Shown: positions 9,818 through 22,771, numbered from the whole stretch's first letter. The stretch is 63,637 nucleotides of DNA, filler included, from Licmophora abbreviata (GCA_900291995.1; 20 parts of 20 records of this genome joined end to end with filler, not necessarily neighbours in it); one strand, 5' to 3'. The notes: generated by a model not told the origin, from the sequence alone. Translations and numbers: made by a program.

Positions 9818-12800
9818 ATGGCTGACGACCCAGGAGGGGGCGCAGCCACCACAGGTGCGACAGGCGGAAACTCTCGCCGTCCAGGACGCAACCGTAACAG
9901 TTCCAATCGCCGCGGCAATCGAAACTCTTCGTCAATCGCGATAAAGGGCAAGACTGAAGCAATCAGTCAGCATGTGTACGACATCTCACCGAAGTACCGC
10001 AACACGTTCAACCGCACGACGGTCGAAATCGCCGGGTACATCGCCCGAACATTGCCAGGTGGTGGTGAGTTCCTCGATGCCATGAAACCAGACAATCTCG
10101 GTTTTCTTCCGCTCGATGACCCTCCATACCCTGAGAGCGGCGACCCAATGTCACTCGAAATCTGGAAACTCAGCATCAAGTCAGTTTTCAACAGACGGGA
10201 GAAACGCGCAGAATCCATGAAGCAAGCATTTGCCATCGTCCTTGGACAAGTATCCGAGGCACTGCAGGACCGTCTTGAAGCCGACGAATCGTTCGCATCA
10301 ATCCAGACATCATGTGATCTCATCGAACTTCTGACGTTGATCCGCCGCTGCATGCAAACTGGGTCAAGCAAAACCCAAGACATGCAAGCCCTACAAGAAG
10401 CTCAGGAGCGTCTCACTCTCTTCAAGCAGAGTCCCACTATGACGAATGCACGATTCCTCCAAAACTTCAACGATCTGGTACAGACATGTGAGCTCTATGG
10501 TATGTCTTTTGGGATTGAATCGTGGGAAGCCTTCCTTAACGTCGATCAATCAAGCGCCTCTGAGGCACAGATCGCCACTGCAAAAGAGAACGCACGAGAC
10601 AGCCACCTCGCCACACTTTTCCTACGGAAGTCTGATGACGGCCGGTACAAGGGTCTCAAGGCGGATATCCAGAATGCTTTCACACGCGGTTCCGATGAAT
10701 ATCCCAAGTCCATCACAGCAGCCTACGACTACCTTGTGAATTATGTCCCACCTCCTTATTATGGTGTGTCACACGACGAGCAACACGGTATGACTTTCGT
10801 CACGGACGAACAATCCGACACTCAGTCCGACCGTGGAGGACGTGGTGGTCGGGGCCGAGGACGTGGCTCTGGTCGAGGACGAGGGCGTGGAAGGAGCGGT
10901 AACCGCGGTCGACAAGATAGCACCCCGGGAACTGAAGAATCAGCCGCACATGTTGCAGATCAGCCGGACGAGACCCAGGATTCAGGCGACCAGACAACCC
11001 CAGCAGGCAATGATACTGTAGGAAACGATAATCTAGATCAGGATGATCAGTACGTTGACTACTGTAATCTAGCCAGGGCCGAGTCCTATCTCCAGTCTGC
11101 AGGACTCCCTAAACGTTGGCTCCTCCTTGACAGCTGTTCGTCCGCAACCATCATCTCTAATCCAAGTCTCCTTTCCAACATTCGAAAGTCAGAGACATCT
11201 CTCCCAGTCCGATCGCTCGGTGGACTTATTCACCTTGAGCACATTGCCGACTTTGGTGATTTCCCTGAACCAGTATGGTACCACCCGAATGGTATCGCCA
11301 ATATTCTATCCCTTTCGGACGTGTCAAAGCACTTTCGCGTTACCATGGATACCAACGAGTTCAACGGCCTCATCATCCACATCAACAGCGACACATTCCG
11401 CGTGTTTTCCAACTCTGCCAAGAACCTCTACCGGATTGACCTGAGTACAATGACAAACAGTGATGCCAGCCACTTTTGGGCTCCCACCATCGCTGCGGTC
11501 TCCCATCTGGAGACCGTCGAGGACATCAAGAAACTGTACCCTCGACGCCTATATGAACGGGCCATCCGTGCCCGCAAATTCCAAAACATCATCATGCGAC
11601 CGGGATCTCGCCAAATGAAGGACATTATCATCCCCCATATGCAGAACTGCCCCGTCACTAAAGCAGACATTGATGCTGCTGAGCACCTTTTCGGCCCCAA
11701 TCTTGGTGCCCTTCTTGGCCGTACCACTCGAACTACACCGGACCATGTTATTAATAATGTTGATCCGGTGCCCACCAACATCCTTCGAGTGCATCGTAAT
11801 CTCACGCTACTTATTGACATCATGTTCGTCAACAAGCTCCCTTTCTTTGTGACCATCTCCCGTCACCTCAAGTTTGGCACCATCGAGCCCCTCGACAATC
11901 GCCAGATTCCAACCATCGTGGCCAAGCTTCGCGCTGTTGTCAAACTCTACAATCAACGAGGCTTTAACATTAATGGCATATATGCTGACCACGAATTCGA
12001 GCCCCTGCGTGCTTCCTTTCCCCAGCTGAACACCGCAGCAGCCAATGAACATGTCCCCGAGATTGAACGCTTCATTCGCACGATTAAAGAGCGTACCCGG
12101 GCTGCCTACAACATGTTGCCCTACAAACACGTTCCCCGTCTCATGCTCCTTCACCTAGTTCGCAACGCCGTGTTCTGGCTTAACGCCTTCCCTCGCCAAG
12201 ACGGAATCTCCTCAGTCCATTCGCCCCGGTATATTCTAACTGGCCGCCATCTTGACTACAACAAACATGCCATCATTGAGTTTGGCGCTTACGTTCAAAC
12301 ACATGAAGAACACGACAACAGCATGGATCGACGCACGATGGGTGCCATTTGTCTTGGCCCCACTGGGAATGTTCAAGGTGGACATTGGTTCATGTCACTC
12401 ACATCCGGCTCGCGAGTCATTCGTTACCGCTGGACTCCCCTGCCCATGCCTACAGATGTCATCGTTCGCGTCTCTAACATGGGCCAGGCTCAAGGAATGC
12501 CCTCCACCGTCACATATTCAGATCGTGTCGGGCGGGAGCTCAGGAACAACCTCAACGAGATTGCCGACGATGCCTCACTTGACGACTCGACCTATGTCGA
12601 CGATGACATGTCCATCGCTTCCAGTGACTCTTCCCATCACAGCGACGACCAAAGTGCCACCGATGACAACAGCGCCGATGATGACGACAGCAGTGCCGGT
12701 GACGAAGACAGCAGCGATGATGATTACGACAGTGACGACGATCGCCCACCTGCAGGACTCCAACCCATGCTTGACGACCCTCTTGAGGCCCCTGTAGCGC

Positions 12801-15067
12801 CTCCTCATACCACAATCGGCACCGACACTCGTGTTGGCCCTCCCGAGGCCACAGGAGTGAATAACGTCTCACTGCCAAGAACAGGAGTGGACAATAATGG
12901 CCCAGTCGGAACAACAGGAGTGGAAGCATATCGCCCATTCGGAACAACAGGAGTGGAGGCAGATCGCCCAGTCGGAACAACAGGAGTGGAGGACCCTTTC
13001 GAAACCAACAAAACAGATGAGAGCACCGAGTATGACCAGGATGAGGTCTTTCCCAACAATGACGCCCCTGAGTATGACAATGAATTGGACAATATGAATG
13101 AGCAGGATGCAGCACATGTACCACTGGATACAACAGGAGTGGACATACCGGCAGCAAGAGGAGTTGAGACGCCCAATATCACCACCGATATCACCACCGA
13201 ATGGGAACGTTTCCAATCGGCAGTGCGACGAGGTGAAGACGCAGCAAATGACGACACCGAGCTTCCAAAACGCATCAGAAAACCAAAGACACTCGACAGC
13301 TTCCTCGCGACATTCTTCAACCGACCAGAATATGCCGTCGTCCCGGAGGAATGTTTCATCGCAGCAATCGCTCCCCATGCCGAAGAACTAATGAATTTCC
13401 TCACAGAACAAATGAATGCTAAAAAAGGACTGAAAGTATTCGGTGAGCGAGGTGTCAAGGCACTCAATACGGAACTGAAACAACTACTCACTCGGAAGGT
13501 AATGTTCCCAGTTGCAGCACAGTCGCTATCATATGAGGAGCGCATTGCTGCACTCAAATACCTCATGTTTCTCAAAGAAAAGCGATCAGGACAGCTAAAA
13601 GGTCGGGGGTGCGCAGACGGTCGAAAACAGAGAATCTACAAGACCAAAGAGGAGACATACGCTCCAACCGTCTCAACGGAAGCCGTGATTCTAACGTCCA
13701 TGATCGACGCAAGGGAAGGCCGGGATATTGCCATCGTTGACATCCCTGGAGCCTTTATGCAAGCCGACATTGACGAGATTGTACACGTGAAGCTCGAAGG
13801 AGACCTCGTCGATCTCATTGTCCGCCTGGACCCATCATATCAGGCATACATTACATACGAAGGAAAGAAACAGAACAGACGAAAGGTGATCTATACAAAG
13901 CTTACAAAGGCATTGTACGGAACAATGCAAGCCGCCTACCTTTTCTGGAAGAAGCTATCGTCATTCCTTGTCGAAAAGCTCGGATTCAAAATCAACCCAT
14001 ATGATTCATGTGTGGCAAACAAGACAGTAAATGGGAAACAGTGCACCATATGTTGGCACGTCGACGACCTAAAAATTTCACATGCATACTCGTCATGTGT
14101 CACCGGCATCATCAATGCTCTTCAAAAAGAGTTTGGAAAAGAAGCACCACTCACTGTGAAACGGGGAAAAGTATTCGATGACTACCTTGGAATGCATGTC
14201 GACTTCTCACAGACAGGAAAAGTCATCTTCCGAATGGAAGAGTACATCAATCAAGTAGTGACAGAGACTCCCGATGCGCTCATGCGAGGACCATGTTCGA
14301 CACCCGCCGGAAATCATTTGTTCCAAACAAACAAGAATGCAGTTCTTCTGAATGAAAAAGACAAGGAGCTATTCCATCACCTCACTGCAAAACTCCTCTA
14401 CCTATCGAAGCGAACACGACCAGACATCCAAACGGCAATCTCTTTCCTATGCACAAGAGTACAAGAACCAGACGAAGACGACCTGAAGAAGCTTGGGAGA
14501 TGCATCCGATACCTCTCAACTACCCGTACTCTCCCACTTACTCTTGAGTTTGATGGATCGGGAATCATTCGATGGTGGGTAGATGCCTCCTTCGCTGTAC
14601 ATCCCAACATGCGTAGCCACACTGGAGCGACCATGTCAATGGGAAAAGGAAGCCCGTTCTCTCTCTCCAGTAAACAGAAGCTCAACACTCGAAGCTCAAC
14701 AGAAGCCGAACTCGTAGGAGTGAATGATGCAATGGGACTCATCCTCTGGACGCGTAAATTCCTGGAAGCTCAAGGTCTAACAGTCATTGACAATATCATC
14801 CATCAAGACAACCAAAGCACGATGCTCCTCGCGAACAATGGGCGTCGATCAAGTTCCAAGCAAACGCGTCATATTGAAATCCGGTACTACTTCATCACCG
14901 ACAACATTCTGCGAAAACAATGCCGTGTTGATTATTGCCCAACCGAAGAAATGCGGGGTGATTTTTTCACCAAACCCCTACAAGGTAAATTATTCCTCAA
15001 ACATCGTGATGCTGTGTTAAACCTTTCCACTGGGCCATTGGTCGACGATACAGCACCGCAGGAGTGT
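9818..15067 (+). CDS. Copia Gag-Pol polyprotein, uninterrupted
   Basis: Protease LLDSCS; integrase IDIMF, ADHEF and EIER; RT DIPGAF, KALYG and HVDDL; RNase H VDASF, EAEL, QDNQS and GDFFTKPL. Confidence 0.92.
12851..13141 (+). repeat. Six ACAGGAGTG copies (TGV peptide), three within a 33-nt tandem repeat; putative central PPTs
   Basis: Copies start at 12851, 12881, 12914, 12947, 12980 and 13133 and match CAGGAGTG at the element's 3' end (15059-15066). Confidence 0.8.
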
Positions 15068-15214
15068 NNNNNNNNNNNNNNNNNNNNNNNNNNNNNNNNN
15101 NNNNNNNNNNNTTAATTAATTAANNNNNNNNNNNNNNNNNNNNNNNNNNNNNNNNNNNNNNNNNNNNATTATTTCAATAGAAACGAAAACCCAAAGCGTC
15201 GCTCGCTCAACCGA

Positions 15215-15562
15215 ATGGCAAAGACGAAGGATCCCGTTACAGAACTCATTGAACAGCTCGAGCAGCTCCGAGTCCAAGAGGGTGTCCTTCTACGCCGACT
15301 GGCAGCAGCCCGTAACGCCGAAACCCGACCTCCCGTGACATCGCCTGTCAACCTTTCCGCCCGTACCGGCGTCGAGTCTTTTCGCATTGGCGACACAGTA
15401 CGTGTGACCAACGAAGTGAAGTATCCTTTGTTCGGACGCACGGTTACGGAGCGGGACAGAGTGGGAACAGTCACCAAAGTCACGCCGAAGCGAGTACACC
15501 TGCGTACGATCAGCGGCGTGAACACGAACCGTGCCCCACAGAACCTCGTCCACCATGACTAG
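15215..15562 (+). CDS. Accessory ORF0: N-terminal coiled coil plus SH3/KOW-like beta domain
   Basis: 115 aa; homologous to 30241..30606 (FRIGDxVRxTN, GxVTxxTxxRxHLRTxxGxNTxRAPxNLV). The fold is inferred from the pattern only. Confidence 0.75.
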   Translation: MAKTKDPVTELIEQLEQLRVQEGVLLRRLAAARNAETRPPVTSPVNLSARTGVESFRIGDTVRVTNEVKYPLFGRTVTERDRVGTVTKVTPKRVHLRTISGVNTNRAPQNLVHHD

Positions 15563-18500
15563 CAATGATGCAGCTCAAGCGGGTGCCGCAGCCGGTGAGG
15601 CCGCCGGCACGGAGAGCGGAGTCCAGCAGACAGGTGGAGGCGGAGCGAACAACCAATCTCAGCGATCCAGCCGAAATGGACGCAACAAGTCGCGCTTCAT
15701 CCGTGGATCAGGAACAGAGAAGAAGAAAACAACTTTCAAAGGAAACACCGACGGAATGAATGCCCATGTTTTCCAAACATTCCAGGAGTCCGGAGACCCC
15801 CAACAGTTTGTCAAGACACTTGAGGCCCTCGCTGAGTATTCAGCCAAGAACCAAAAGCATGCAGGAGACCTGGCCACACTTTTCAAAACTCTTGAAGCCC
15901 CCACGATCCCTTTACCTGAAGAATTGTCAGAAGAAGAAGCAGAGAGCCGTTTGAAACTGGCCCTATGGCAGAAGGAGGTCGACGGTTATTACACGAGGAA
16001 AGGACACCTTGCCGGCAACCTCAAAGGCCTCCATGCCGTGACGTGGGGCCAGTGTAGCGAGGCCATGAAGGCCAAGGTCATGACCCTAGACGGGTACAGC
16101 GAAAGTGACGACACCAGTGACGTCTCCTGGCTCCTCAAGTCCATCCGTGGTGTTACCTACGGATTCGAGGGACAGAGATACATCTTCCTTGCGTTTGATG
16201 ATGCACTAACTGATTTCTATTCCTATCAACAGGCTCAGGATGAGTCTCTCTCGGATTACCTGCAGACTTTCAGGACAAAACTCGACATTTTGAAACATTA
16301 CGGCGGCGGCGACTCTATGGGCCAAGAGACGGCACTATTGAAGGCAGTACGGGATGGCCACCCTCGTTTGAGCCAAAGCGCCGCCTCTGCGTTTGCGAGC
16401 AATCGTGCTCAAGCCATTGCTTTCCTCAAGCGGGCCGATAGGCGTCGTTATGGCAGCCTCTTAGCAGATCTCGAGAATCAGTACTCGCGTGGCAACGACC
16501 AGTACCCTACCGATCTTTCTGGCGCCTACAGCCTCCTCGTTGGATACAAGGCTCCCCTTTCAGTCAAAGCCAAGGACAAAACCAGCGGCAACAACGGCAA
16601 CAAGGAGCGAAAGAACGACGCCACCGGTTCCAGCACTGAGATCGGCATGACATTTGCGCAGGCGGCAGCACTCGTGGCCGGCGACAACGGTATCACACAC
16701 CCGTGTATCAAATGCTACCGATGCAACTCACCCGGTCACTACGCCAACCACTGTCCCACTCCCAACACAGACAATGCTGGGGTGCAGCTCCTGCAAGCCG
16801 ATGCCACCTCGACGCCAACCTCGTCTTCCCCCTCCCAGAAACTTGATACCAGCGATGCAAATGACGCTTCCAACTTCTCGTTTGCCCAGGCCCGTCTCCA
16901 CGAAATTCCCGCTCCTTGGATTCTTCTTGACAGTCAGTCCACTGTCTCCATCTTCCGGAACCGAAACTATCTACACAACATCCGTCCTGCGAGCCGCCCC
17001 ATGAAAGTGTACACCAACGGTGGTACACAGGAGTCGCACCTCATTGGCGACGTGACCAATTTCGGCCCAGTGTGGTACAATCCTGATTCGCTCGCCAACA
17101 TCCTTTCCCTTGCTGAAGTCCGCAAGTTGTGTCGCGTTACCATGGACACCTCCGTTGAGCCCGCCCTCTGTGTCCACCGCCGCGACGGCTCCATCCTCAA
17201 GTTCCAAGAGTATGTGACCGGGTTGTATTTCCATGACGCTTCTAACAAAAATAGCTCCACCGTTACCCCGTACTCATTTCTGTCGACAGTAGCCGCCGAG
17301 AAAGCGCGTTTTACTCCCCGCGAAATTGCAGGAGCGGAAGCAGCTATGGTGTTGTACCGAAAAATCGGTCGTCCATCACAAAAAACGTTTCAGGAAATTC
17401 TACAGAAGAACCTCATCATAAATTGCCCCGTCACAGCCCAGGATGCCAAGCGTGCCCTAACCATCTACGGCCCGGATGTGGCAACTTTAAAAGGAAAGAC
17501 CACGAAGGGACCGTCTACACACGTTCCAAGCATCACCGTTTCCCCGCTTCCAGACGACATCCTACAGCGTCACGGTGACGTCACCATTTGCGGTGACATT
17601 TTCTACGTACAAGGAATCCCGTTTTTTCACACCATCTCAAGGAAGATTCAATTTCGAACGGTCGCAACTCTAAAGAACAGACAGCAAGCCACTCTTCTCC
17701 GTGAATCCAAGGCAATCATTGATCATTATCAGGCAAGAGGTTTCAATGTGACGAATTTTCACACGGACGGAGAATTTGAGTGTATCCGACACGACATTCT
17801 ACCCGCGATCCTAAACGTCACCGCTGCGGATGACCACGTCGGCGAAGTAGAGCGATCCATACGAACAATCAAGGAGCGCACCCGGTCCACCATTCATGGA
17901 TTGCCGTACAGACGCCTCCCCGTTTTGATGATCAAGGAAATCGTTAGGCATGCCGTGAAGAATTTGAACCTTTTTCCCGCCAAAAATGGAGTGTCGGCAA
18001 TTTTGAGTCCGCGAGCGATTGTGACAGGCTTCGCCAACCCCGACTACAACAAGCTGCAACTTGAGTTCGGTTCGTATGTTCAAGTTTTCGAGGATAACAA
18101 TCCCTCCCCAGGTACAAACTCCACTGCCACGCGAATGACCGGCGCCATATCCCTCAATCCCACGGGGAATGAGCAAGGCGACTACTACTTCATGTCACTG
18201 ACCACCGGAGCGCGTCTCAGTAGGCGACAGTGGACTCTGTTACCTATCACCACAGAGGTGATCAAAGCTGTGGAAGACATGGCCGCTGCGCAAGGACAGC
18301 CGCGGATTCACGGTGGCACGATGAAATACGAATGGCGGCCCAACATTGTGGTCGAAGACGCTGATGACGACGACGATGATGATCCCGATGATCCCGACAG
18401 TGACGATGAGATCACAGAAAACGAAATCGACGACGATAACGGTGACCCTATTTTCCTAAGTGACGGCCCCCCCACTGATGAGCTCGACGTTGACGACGAG

Positions 18501-20279
18501 GAAGCGATGGAGGAGAACACAGAGCAAGCCGAAGGAGCGCAGGAGATCGTCGACGATGATGAACACCCGAACGCAGATGAGGCGGTAGCGGCACACGCGG
18601 AAGACGCAGACGAGACGCAGGGAGATCCCGCGGACACGGCCGGTGACGAACAACATGGATACAACCTTCGAAATGACAGGACTCGGAGTTACCAACATCG
18701 GTACTCTCACCAGCTAGACGAAGGAGCGGGAACGGAACCCGAAACCACCGGCGTGCAGCTCCTCCAGAATGCGATTCACGAGCTGCCATCCGACCCACAA
18801 CCCCTCCGCTCACACGTTTTCGGCCAAGTGTTCACCCAGATGACGGCGAAGGCCGGTATCAAAAAGCACGGAAAGACCGCGGTTGACGCCCTATTCAAAG
18901 AATTTGCCCAGTTAGACGACAAGAATGTTTTCGAAGCAATGGATGCTACGAAGCTGTCAACCGACGAGAAGAAAGGCGCATTGAGAGCGGTGAATTTGAT
19001 AAAGGAGAAGCGTTCTGGGAAGCTGAAGGGCCGCACGTGTGCCGATGGCCGTCCACAACGTAACTTGTACACACGAGCAGAGACGACGTCCCCCACTATA
19101 TCGACGGACGCATTGATGATTTCGCTCATGATCGACGGTTTGGAACGCTGAGACGTGGCCACAGCCGACGTCGTCGGGGCGTACCTACATGCCGAGATGG
19201 ATGACTTTGTGTTGATGCGACTGACCGGAGAGGCCGTCGGTATCATTTGCGACGTGAACCCGAAGTACATTCCTTTTGTCACCATGGAGAACGGAAAAAG
19301 GACATTATACGTGCGGTTGCTCAAGGCGCTGTATGGTTGCGTGAAATCGGCTCTCTTGTGGTACGACCTTTTCGTGAACACTTTGAAGGATCGCGGTTTT
19401 GTAATCAACCCCTATGATCCGTGTGTGGCGAATTGCACGATAAATGGTAAGCAATGCACCATTGGCTGGTATGTGGATGATAATAAGATTTCGCATGTTG
19501 ACCCCGCCGTCGTGACCGAGATCATTGAATTGATCGAATCACGTTTTGGAAAGATGACGGTCACTCGCGGCAAACAGCACACGTTCCTAGGCATGGACAT
19601 CACGCTTAATGACGACGCCACTGTCACCATCTCGATGAAAGACTACATCCGTGAGGCTATCACAGATTTTGGCGAGGATGTGTCAAGAGCGGTCGCAACA
19701 CCTGCAGGCAAAGACCTGTTTGAAGTCGACACTGGCGCAGAACCCCTTGAAAAGTCCAGGAGCGAACTTTTTCACAGCATCGTGGCAAAGCTGTTGTATG
19801 TGTCCCAGCGAGGACGAAATGACATTTCCCCGACGATCGCTTTTCTGTGTACTCGCGTGTCGTGCAGCACGTATCAGGACTGGAAGAAATTGAAGCGACT
19901 TCTACAATATCTCAACGACACCATCAGTATGGCGTGTACGATCGGAGCAGACAACCTGTCGAGCCTGATGACCTGGGTGGATGCGTCATACGCCGTACAT
20001 GCCGATATGAAGAGTCACACTGGCGGTGCTTTATCGCTTGGTCGCGGGGCGATTATGTGTAAATCTACGAAGCAGAAACTGAACACAAAGAGCTCGACCG
20101 AAGCGGAGATTGTTGGCGCCAGCGATTACCTGCCGAACACGATTTGGGCCCGGATGTTTTTGGAATCCCAGGGCTACCAGATCCAACAGAACGTTTTCGC
20201 TCAGGACAACCAGAGTGCAATGCGTTTGGCCATGAATGGACGTTCCTCCGCGGGTCAGAAATCCCGTCACATCGATATA
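15555..20279 (+). pseudogene. Copia Gag-Pol with one premature TGA in RT
   Basis: ATG at 15555; TGA at 19149-19151 replaces the Arg of E-x-RDVATAD seen in sister elements; the frame continues afterwards. Confidence 0.85.
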
Positions 20280-20410
20280 NNNNNNNNNNNNNNNNNNNNN
20301 NNNNNNNNNNNNNNNNNNNNNNNTTAATTAATTAANNNNNNNNNNNNNNNNNNNNNNNNNNNNNNNNNNNNNNNNNNNNATGTACGTAATGAAGCCTGGA
20401 CACTTCATCC

Positions 20411-22671
20411 TCAATGATGACCACCTTGCTGCCCCAAGGCGTTCTCCAACTCATCGACAAGCTTCTGGGCCGTCTCGGGCAACGCCACAACACCCGATGC
20501 AGAAATATCGTTAAAATTCGTCTTGAACATCCACTGCAAGCAAAGCAAAGGAAGAATACATCAACGATGAGTAAGCTATAACTGGACCAGGCCAACAAAA
20601 AGACCGTGTTCGAGCGTACGGTATGACATACCTGATAGGCCAAGACCTTGAGTCCATCTTGAATGAACCAGAAGATTAAGCAATATATCCACACAAAAGC
20701 AAAGACACCCGTATCGTTTCGAAGGCCTTCCGTGAGAATGCCATCCGGTTCCGAAGTGGGCCAAAGGATGGAGAGAAGCGAAGATACGACAAGCGCGAGA
20801 GCACCTCCCAGCAAAAGAATGGGAGCAGGTTTGATCTTCCAAAAGAAGTGACGTCCCGTGCGGGCACTGAACAGAGTCAAAAAGTCCGACACTGATACTT
20901 TCAGGTAGATCGCCGTCGTGATTTGACCGTACTGCACTCCGTCCATTCCCAGCCCCATAAGAAAACCATCCGGATTCCAGCTGTCGAGCAAAAAGTAGAG
21001 CAACAAGAGTGAACTGAAGCAGGAGACGGCACCAAGAACCGAGCTGACTAGAAAAAGAACAGGCAGATTCCAGCGGTTGGGTGTAGGACTTGGCTCGGCA
21101 TAGTCGTAGGCGATGGTAATCAAAGTGCCATCATTCAAGAGAGTGATGAGCATCAGCATGATTACGGGCATGTGAAAGAATTCAGGCCACTCAAAGTCTT
21201 CATCCAAGTCATCCGGCTGGTCGTAGTCAACCGGATGAAAGGCAAAGATAGCAATGAAGAAGAAGAATAGCAGCTGAAGTGTCGCGGCGATTCGGTACGT
21301 GATAAAGTTGCTCATACGCTGAAAGATCTCCCGAGCAATAACAATACCGTGTATGATGGTCCCGAGTCCCTCTTGAGTCAACACAATATCCGCAGCAGCA
21401 CGAGCGGCATCCGTAGCTCCGGCAACAGCGATACCAATGTCGGCTCTCTTTAGAGCAGGCGCGTCATTCACACCTGGAATAATGCATAATGAGGAGATGT
21501 TGTTAGAAAAAGCAAACAATAGAGAGATCGAGCCAGCGGAATGGTGACCCCCCACGTACCGTCTCCAGTCATACCAACCGTCTGTCGCAAAGAGCAAAGC
21601 AATGTGGTATTAGCATTTGTAGAGTAGCAATCGATGTCATACCCGCACAGTTCAACTTACGTAGTTCATCTCTCGCAGGCACTCAACAATCAGGTACTTG
21701 TGTTCGGGGTAGACTTGGGCAAAGCCGTCAGCGACTAGACAAAGATCGCCATAATCCTTGCTGAGATTGACGGGCTTTGCGTTTGTCTCGGGATCGAGCG
21801 TGGGCAGCTTTTCCGCCGTGAAGATCTTGTCTCCTATCTCCAGCTGTAACGCTGTATTCCGAGCAATGAGCAAGTGGTCGCCGGTAATCATCTTGACCTT
21901 GACGCCATAGCTCAGAGCTTCTTTGATAGTTTGCTTGGTGTCGGGTCTCGGAGGATCCAAAAAGGTCAATAGCCCAATTATCTGCCAAACACCAGTGTCC
22001 ATATCAGAGCGAGCGACTGCCAGCGACCGAACACCCCTCTCACCAAGCCGAGCCACGTCGCGCTCAATAGTTTCGCGAACATCGGAGGCCGAGGGAGGCA
22101 GCAAACCTAAAATAACGTGCGGAGCTCCCTTGGACGTCTTGAAGGTCACGCCTGTTTCCTTGTTTCGAACAGTTCCTTCCGTCCGCTTGATCTGCGGGTC
22201 AAACGGAAGGTACTCAAGCTGTTCATATGGCTCCAAGAGCGACATGTTGACGGCACCAAGCGTCAGTCGGTCCAGTGCATCACGAGGAGGCTCTTTCCAC
22301 TTGGCGGCCATGGCGGCAAGCACGAGAACCGACTCTTGGTTCTCGCCTTCGCAATAAATGGGTGTGTCGTCTTGGAGCATCATCTTGTTCAACGTAAGAG
22401 TTCCGGTCTTGTCGGAGCAAAGAATAGACATGCCAGCCAGATCTTCAATGGCGGAGAGCTTTGCGACGATGGCGCCGTGCTTAACCAGCTTCTTGGACCC
22501 GATTGCCAAGGTTGTGGTAGTGACGATTTCAATAGCAAGAGGAATGCTTGCAACTAAGAGCACAATCGTAAAGGAGAGGGCTTCTTTCACATCGACTCCT
22601 TTGGCGAGTAGGTACGTCAAGTTTATGATACAAAGCACAAGCGACAAGCTCACGAGGACAAACATGATTGT
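20411..22671 (-). CDS. P-type (P3A) plasma-membrane H+-ATPase, central and C-terminal exons
   Basis: CSDKTGTLT, KGAP, DPPRPD, MITGD and spliced MTGDGVNDAPALK; GT-AG introns 21582-21660, 21474-21559 and 20534-20631; stop at 20413-20411. Confidence 0.93.
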
Positions 22672-22771
22672 NNNNNNNNNNNNNNNNNNNNNNNNNNNNN
22701 NNNNNNNNNNNNNNNTTAATTAATTAANNNNNNNNNNNNNNNNNNNNNNNNNNNNNNNNNNNNNNNNNNNN

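Larger units (their letters stand above)
9799..15067 (+). mobile_element. Ty1/Copia LTR retrotransposon internal region (CoDi-like), LTRs absent
   Basis: Single gag-PR-IN-RT-RH ORF filling the contig; ends in the purine motif GCAGGAG followed by TGT. Confidence 0.92.
15168..20279 (+). mobile_element. Ty1/Copia element (CoDi-like) with an extra upstream ORF, 3'-truncated
   Basis: ORF0, then gag with CCHC knuckle CYRCNSPGHYANHC, PR LDSQS, IN, RT YVDDN and RNase H. Confidence 0.92.

Noticed and set aside
15462..15466. TGGGA as a calicivirus-like TURBS motif upstream of the ORF0/gag overlap
   Set aside because: Not present at a comparable distance in the second ORF0 element.
19149..19151. In-frame TGA in the Copia RT as programmed readthrough
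   Set aside because: Sister elements have Arg (AGA) at this position and no conserved downstream structure is visible; a point mutation is simpler.
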